64,000 nt of DNA from Felis catus. Lineage: Eukaryota. A model generated the notes under the pieces. It searched no databases, was not told the DNA's origin, and saw only the letters and a program-made list of their open reading frames with translations. The first letter of the stretch is position 1. Every line of letters starts with the position of its first letter. The DNA lies in contig NC_058373.1 in NCBI RefSeq assembly GCF_018350175.1, positions 137,826,001-137,890,000 on the forward strand, read 5' to 3'. Below are positions 58,666 to 64,000 of this stretch, piece after piece. The translations under genes and the position numbers were made by a program.

Positions 58666-59296
58666 CAACGTGTGGGCCCGAGATGTTAACTGTTATAATC
58701 AGGAGGGTCAATCTGATGTAAGCGATCTCCCCGTGCACTGTCTCACTGTTGGTCATTATCAGCGCACCTCCTCCTGGAGCCTTCCCTCCCACTTCCTGTT
58801 TGCTGCGTCTAAGTTGTCTGTGAACCGGGCGATCAGATGATCACACTTGGGGGAGTTGCATAAAAACAAGACTAAGCAGTGGTCGCAGGCTCACTCGTGA
58901 GTAAAGTCTCTGAGTCTCAGCTCAAAAGCCTCCTTTGCTGACTCCTTGCGAGGCCACGTGATTCCACGGAATCGAGGTGGGTCACAGTCTGACTTGACCT
59001 ACGTCCCAGCCCCTTAGCGGTTTCACAACCTTGGGTGCTCGCCTCGCAGGCGATCACTTTACCCCTGAAAAACGGGGTGGATATGAGTCTCGAGTTTGTG
59101 GCAGGGATAAGAGGGCACAGTACGGTTGTAAGGCCCTTGCACTGCCTCTGACACATTGAAGGTACTTAGCGCCAATGACCTTCACTCCCCGTCTCTATTC
59201 TTTACTGTCTGGAGAGCAGCTGTCGACCTAAGGTACCACCAGAGAATTAAGTTAGGATGTTTCTACGTTTCAACACAATCTGAGCCAATTTGCTTT

Positions 59297-59501
59297 TTTT
59301 TAGATGTTTATTTATTTATTTTGAGACAGAGAGAGAGCAGGCAGGGGAGGGGAAGAGAGAGGGAGAGAGAGAGAATCCCAAGCAGGCTCCACACCGTCAG
59401 TGCAGAGCCCAACGTGGGGCTCGATCTCACGGTTCGGGAGATCATGACCTGAGCCGACACCAAGAGTCGGACGCTTAACCGACCGAGCCACCCAGGTGCC
59501 C
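59297..59501 (-). mobile_element. Older Can-SINE
   Basis: TSD ctgagccaat(t/c)tgcttt at 59280-59296 and 59502-59518. Confidence 0.95.
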
Positions 59502-60379
59502 CTGAGCCAATCTGCTTTCTAAGTTTTCTTCAGTTGTGTATGTCCTCGTGGATCGTAAAGGCAGCCAAGATTATACCCCGTATTGCAAACACTTAACCTC
59601 TTCTACTTCGCGTTATATGCTCAGGAGGAACGGCTAAGCGCGGGCCAAACGGGCAAAGCAGCGGAATCTCATTAAAGGGTTTGGTCGAGTCCAACCATAT
59701 ACTCTCAGCAGATTGTGCAAGGGCTGGGGCACCAGGAGCTAACATCCTTTATAGGCAGCTTCTGGGCACATGTGGGGAAGACTCACCTGCCTTAGGTGAA
59801 GCGTGTCCTCCAGCAGGCTGGGCTTTGTCCAGCTGCCTTCTGCTAAACAGCTAGTCGACTCAGCAAAGGAAAACACCAGACTTCCCAGCTTCTGGCCTCA
59901 GAGCCAACTCCCCCTCACACCTGCCTCCTTCATCACCTGCCCCTGAAATCTTAATTGAAATCGAGCAGGGCTAGGGAGTCCCTGCTCCCAGAGCGCTTTC
60001 AGGAATGATCACGAGCCCTGTTCGACGTGTACCACGTTCTCGGACAGGATGAGGGGGTTAAAAGTCTGTGCACTCTAGAATCCAGGCTCAGAAACTGTTG
60101 AGAAAAGAAGAGCTGTCTGGGTGGAGGAGGGTTCAAATGCTATGGTCCGTGGCAGGTGTCTCCAGAGGCTGACACGCTGCCCAGTCATTGTCCAGTCATT
60201 CATTCACTCGTTCGTTCACTCCTGCATGCATTCATGCACCCTTATTCTCGCGACTGTTCGATCGTTAAACAAGTATTTCTTGAGCACCTACTATGGGCCA
60301 GACGTCGAACGAGGCACGGGGGTTGCGAAGCTAAATGCGATAGCCCAGCTTTGCCTGCTCGGGACCCACTCCCCATTCT

Positions 60380-60725
60380 TTTGGCGCCACTGCCTTGGTT
60401 TTGTTTAGGGGACGGTCCCACCCCATGGACACAGCCTTGGTGGGGCTGTCCTTCCGTGGCCCAAGAATGTCCCCCTGGAATTTGAATCTCAAGCAGAGTG
60501 ACATGAAATGGCAGAGTGGTGTGTTATTTGTAGGCCTAACACCTCAAAAGACTCTACCTGTGTCCCCGATACCTGGATCCCTAGAGTTCCTCCCTCCTTT
60601 GTGAATCTACTCTCTAATTTTTATTGGAATTCTTCAAGCTCCTCCAAAGTCTCCAGATCAATTCTGTGTTTTGCTTAGGTAAACCAGTGTTTGTTTCTGT
60701 TGTTAGCAACCCCAGAATCCTAACA
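60380..60725 (+). mobile_element. ERVL LTR16-like solo LTR
   Basis: ccctggaatttgaatctcaagcagagtgaca and the terminal gtttctgttgttagcaaccccagaatcctaa. Confidence 0.5.
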
Positions 60726-60842
60726 TATTCTCTTCCCTCTCGGATCTCACAGTCTAGTGGGACAGACAAGTGATTTCGGTTCAAGATACTCTGCTTGTGA
60801 TCACACTGGGAGGCCGGGGAGCCCAGAGGAGGGGCTCTGATT

Positions 60843-61076
60843 ATTTCTTTTATTTTTTTATTTTTTTTTTACATTTATTTATTTATTTTTGAGAGACAGA
60901 GAGACAGCGTGAGCAGGGGAGGGGCAGAGAAAAAGAGGGAGACCCAGAATCGGAAGCAGGCTCCAGGCTCCGAGCCGTCGGTACAGAGCCCCGATGTGGG
61001 GCTCAAACCCACGAACCGTGAGATTATGACCTGAGCCGAAGTCGGACGCTCAACCGACTGAGCCACCCGGGCGCCC
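60843..61076 (-). mobile_element. Can-SINE
   Basis: Antisense full-length element. Confidence 0.94.
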
Positions 61077-61119
61077 TCCCCAGTTTTCTTTAAACAAAGA
61101 GCCTTGAAAGCTCCCCATA

Positions 61120-61705
61120 GGTGTTGTGGTTATCCACTGCTGTGTGTAATGAACCATCCAGTGTGGTATGTAACACACCATCCACAGCTTCCAGCTTGAA
61201 ATACTGATGCTTCAGTGTCTCTCAAGCCTTGGTGATCTGTCTGCCCGAAGCTGGTTGGTTCATGCTTAGGGTTTTCAATGCTGTTTGTGTGTCGGAATTC
61301 CCCCGGGGTTGGAATCATCTGAAGGTTTTACCTTTCAAGTGTCGAAGATGACTCACACAGCTTGGTGACACCCCGGTCATGAGCTGGGAGAGAGCTAGAG
61401 CTGTCCACGGGAACACCCACAAATGGGGTCTCATGCACACTTCTTACAGCATGCTGTCTGGGTACGGAGAGAGACCGTTCCCGGATCAACCCAAGGGAGC
61501 CCAGTGCACACCGCACGGCTTAGTATGACCTAGCCCTAGAGGTCCCAGAATATCAGCAATGCCACTTCTATTGGTCAAGCAAGTCACCAAGCCTGCCCAG
61601 ACTCAGAGGAATAGGACTCCCGGTCCTAAAAAGTCACACTACAGAAGAGCCTGGTGGATGAGAGCTACCGCTGCGGCCATCTTTGGAAAATGACATCTGT
61701 CTCAC
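61120..61705 (-). mobile_element. MLT1-family LTR
   Basis: ctggaatcatctgaagg-like core, tatgacctagccctagaggtcccaga, ttctattggtcaagcaagtcac, gctgcggccatctttggaaa. Confidence 0.65.
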
Positions 61706-61914
61706 CAGGCGGTCCCCCTAGAATATTCCCTGGGCCCCTAACATGCCCCAGTGGGGGTGGAAGATGCTCGGTGTTAGATCCTGTCTTTCTCCGATGTCAG
61801 ACGTGACTCGTTACTTTGGAAACGCCAGTCCTCAGCGTCTCCGGGCACCATCACAAAGCTCTGTGACCCTCTCAGGCCAAACCTCGACGTTTTCGCTCCG
61901 TGCTCTTTCTTTTC

Positions 61915-62068
61915 TTTACTTTTTTTAAAGCTCATTTATTTATTTTTGAGAGAGGAGGTGGGGGGGGGGAAGGGCAGAGACACAGGGAGAGAGAGCGAGT
62001 CCCAAGCAGGCTTTGCACTGGCCATGCAGAGCCTGACGCGGGGCTCGAACTCACCAACCGCAAGATAC
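61915..62068 (-). mobile_element. 5'-truncated older Can-SINE
   Basis: Tail and body present up to gggctcgaactcaccaaccgcaaga; head missing. Confidence 0.85.
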
Positions 62069-63867
62069 GGAAACTGCAAAGGCAGGTGGTTAAGGACCAT
62101 TTGGGCTTAGGGTGGGTGCTCCCTAAACGTTAGCTGGATGAAAGGATGACTGAATTAATGGGTTCATTCATGAACAACCTGGCATTCTACTCAGGACACC
62201 TTCCGGGCCTTGGGAAACCCAACTGCACATCTTAACTATTCTCAGATTGCTTACTTTCCTGCAGTTCGGGTAAGTGAAATTCAGGTTTGCGGATTCAGAC
62301 TGAGCTGCGCCTGCAGCCCTGGTCACCTTCTCTTAGGGTCCCCACTCCCCCCATCCCCCCAGCTGCCCCATCTTCCTTCCACCGCGGAACAGGTCGAGGA
62401 TCTCCACGCACCAAGCGGTGCCGCGCTGGGAATTGCGCGCTGGCGCTAAGAATGTGGGCGTGGCCACCGCTTCGTGACGATGTCAGCGCGTCTGTTTTCT
62501 GCAGCTGTGACAACTTGAGACGGGCGGCACGTCTCACCCCTGGCGTATCCCCAGTGCCTCGAACTGTGTCTGACCCATAGGACAGCGGCCAGTGAAATGT
62601 TTATGAGATGAGTAAACAAATGCACAAACGTTCCCAGCGAATGATTTTGGAAAGCACGCAAGTGTTGTTCCGGTTCAGGGAAAAGACCAACATCTGGGGG
62701 TTCATCCCTTCTTGGGTTTTTGGGTCATTTCAGTTCAGGGCTTCGTTGAGGAATCTGGGGTTTTGCCCGGGTGGGGTTGGGGTGTCCGTCCCAGGTCCTA
62801 GAGCAGTTAGCCCACAATGGATGCCTTTCTTGGGGACAGAGAAGGTGCCGGGGAGGCTGTCTTTCTGGATTCGGCCATGGCCCAGGCCCTGGGACAAATC
62901 TATGCGTTGTCGAGGCTGTGATGGAAGCAGCTTGTGTGCTGTGCGCGCCCCCACCCCCTTCACCCCGCGTGACCTTGACCCAGGACCCTCCCTTGGGCCG
63001 CTGCGCTGGTCTCAGACAATACACAATGCGAGCTGGCGCTGCGACAGGCTCCATTGAGCCAGCGCGGAGGGTCCCACGGAAAGTGCTATGAGGACTCTTT
63101 GTTCGGGGGCTGCTGCTTAGCCGCCCACACAAATATGCAAAGCCTACCCGGTCACCCTAGAACTAGAATTGGAATTGCCAAGGAGGGCTGGGGAGAGGGG
63201 ACAGACCCGGGCTAGGCCGCCGCTGGGGAGGGACCCCCTCTGGGTGATCTCATTCCACGCAGCGGCCCTGCGCGCATAGGTGCTGTTTCCAGGCGGTAAA
63301 CTGAGGCTCGGAGAAGTCAGGGCGCTTGGCCAAGGCCAGGGGAAGGGCAGTGATCCTGAGAAGCACTGCAAAGCCCCCACACCGCTGGAGCATAACGACT
63401 AACCATGAGAGCCATGGTGATAGAAATCACGGAAGGCTACTTCTGTTTGTTTCCAGAAACAAGGTCGCATGTGTTTCTGATGGGGGCTTTGCGGGAGGCA
63501 GGTCAGGTAACAGAAAGAATGTGGGCTTGGATCCCCGCAGTCCCAGGCTCTGATCCTGGCTCTGTTGCCTATAGCTGTGTGACACTGGGCGGGTTGTCTA
63601 CCCTCTCTGTGCTTGGTATAATCGTACCTCGCTCACAAGCTTGTTGTGGGGATTGAGATCATGTGTGCCCAGCCCATAAGGAGCCAGGCTCCTGGCCGCC
63701 CGATCATGGTTTTGTCCTCGCAGTTGCCAGGTCACACGGGGGCTCACCGAGAGACCCTCAGAGTTGTAACATGGGCGGGGGGGGGTGAGGTCAGCGGAGC
63801 TGGGTCAGCATTTCCCTCTTGTGGGCTTCAGTTTCCCCATCTGTTAAATGTTAGGAGGCAGAAAGCT

Positions 63868-64000
63868 GGGCTAGAACGGGCTTCTCCCCCGCAGCATGGC
63901 TGACATTTGGGGCCGAATAGTTCTGTGCTGGGGGGGGGGGCTGTCCTGTACATTGTGGGATGTCCCGCAGCATCCCTCCCTGGCCCCCACCCCCTGGAGA
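63868..64000 (-). mobile_element. MER20-like MITE (runs off the window edge)
   Basis: tgacatttggggccgaatagttct...ggctgtcctgtacattgtgggatg...gcagcatccct. Confidence 0.7.

Noticed and set aside
958-62068. Many short ORFs of the type MAQSVKRLTSAQ... or GQRETEHERGRG...
   Set aside because: These are translations of Can-SINEs in various frames, not genes.
896-63940. Frequent long G/C homopolymers (e.g. 896-908, 3068-3081, 23535-23551, 23977-23991, 39318-39335)
   Set aside because: Common slippage products in GC-rich DNA, and their lengths are error-prone in assemblies; no pattern beyond composition.
23400-64000. Exons of the neighbouring gene expected by synteny (SYNE3) or a processed pseudogene
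   Set aside because: No spectrin-repeat or KASH peptide, and no other known protein, in any frame.
1-64000. CRISPR arrays, rRNA or prokaryote-type systems
   Set aside because: Mammalian sequence with no repeat-spacer array. The recurring ~200-bp repeats are dispersed SINEs.

Overview
Felid (cat-like) genomic DNA, identified from its Can-SINE/SINEC_Fc repeats. The only recognisable protein-coding sequence is the first coding exon of CLMN (calmin) on the minus strand: 23037-23118, MAAHEWDWFQREELIGQISDIRVQNLQ plus a GT donor. It lies in a CpG-island promoter. Positions 1-23036 are CLMN intron 1. Positions ~23.4-64 kb are upstream intergenic DNA with 23 Can-SINEs in the whole window, decayed L1/L2/MIR, MaLR/ERVL LTRs and hAT MITEs. 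The most promising signals are regulatory. A manual scan found 10 perfect RGKTCA direct-repeat pairs, including a triple GGGTCA DR2 array, around a gene reported to be retinoic-acid responsive. There is also a compact PBX-MEIS/NRF1/E-box element and Z-DNA and G4 tracts just inside intron 1. Retrotransposition oddities include two same-site SINE tandems with triplicated TSDs, a B-box duplication and a rearranged L1. Repeat family names come from recalled consensus sequences, not a database search, and repeat boundaries are approximate. All motif-based function is untested inference.
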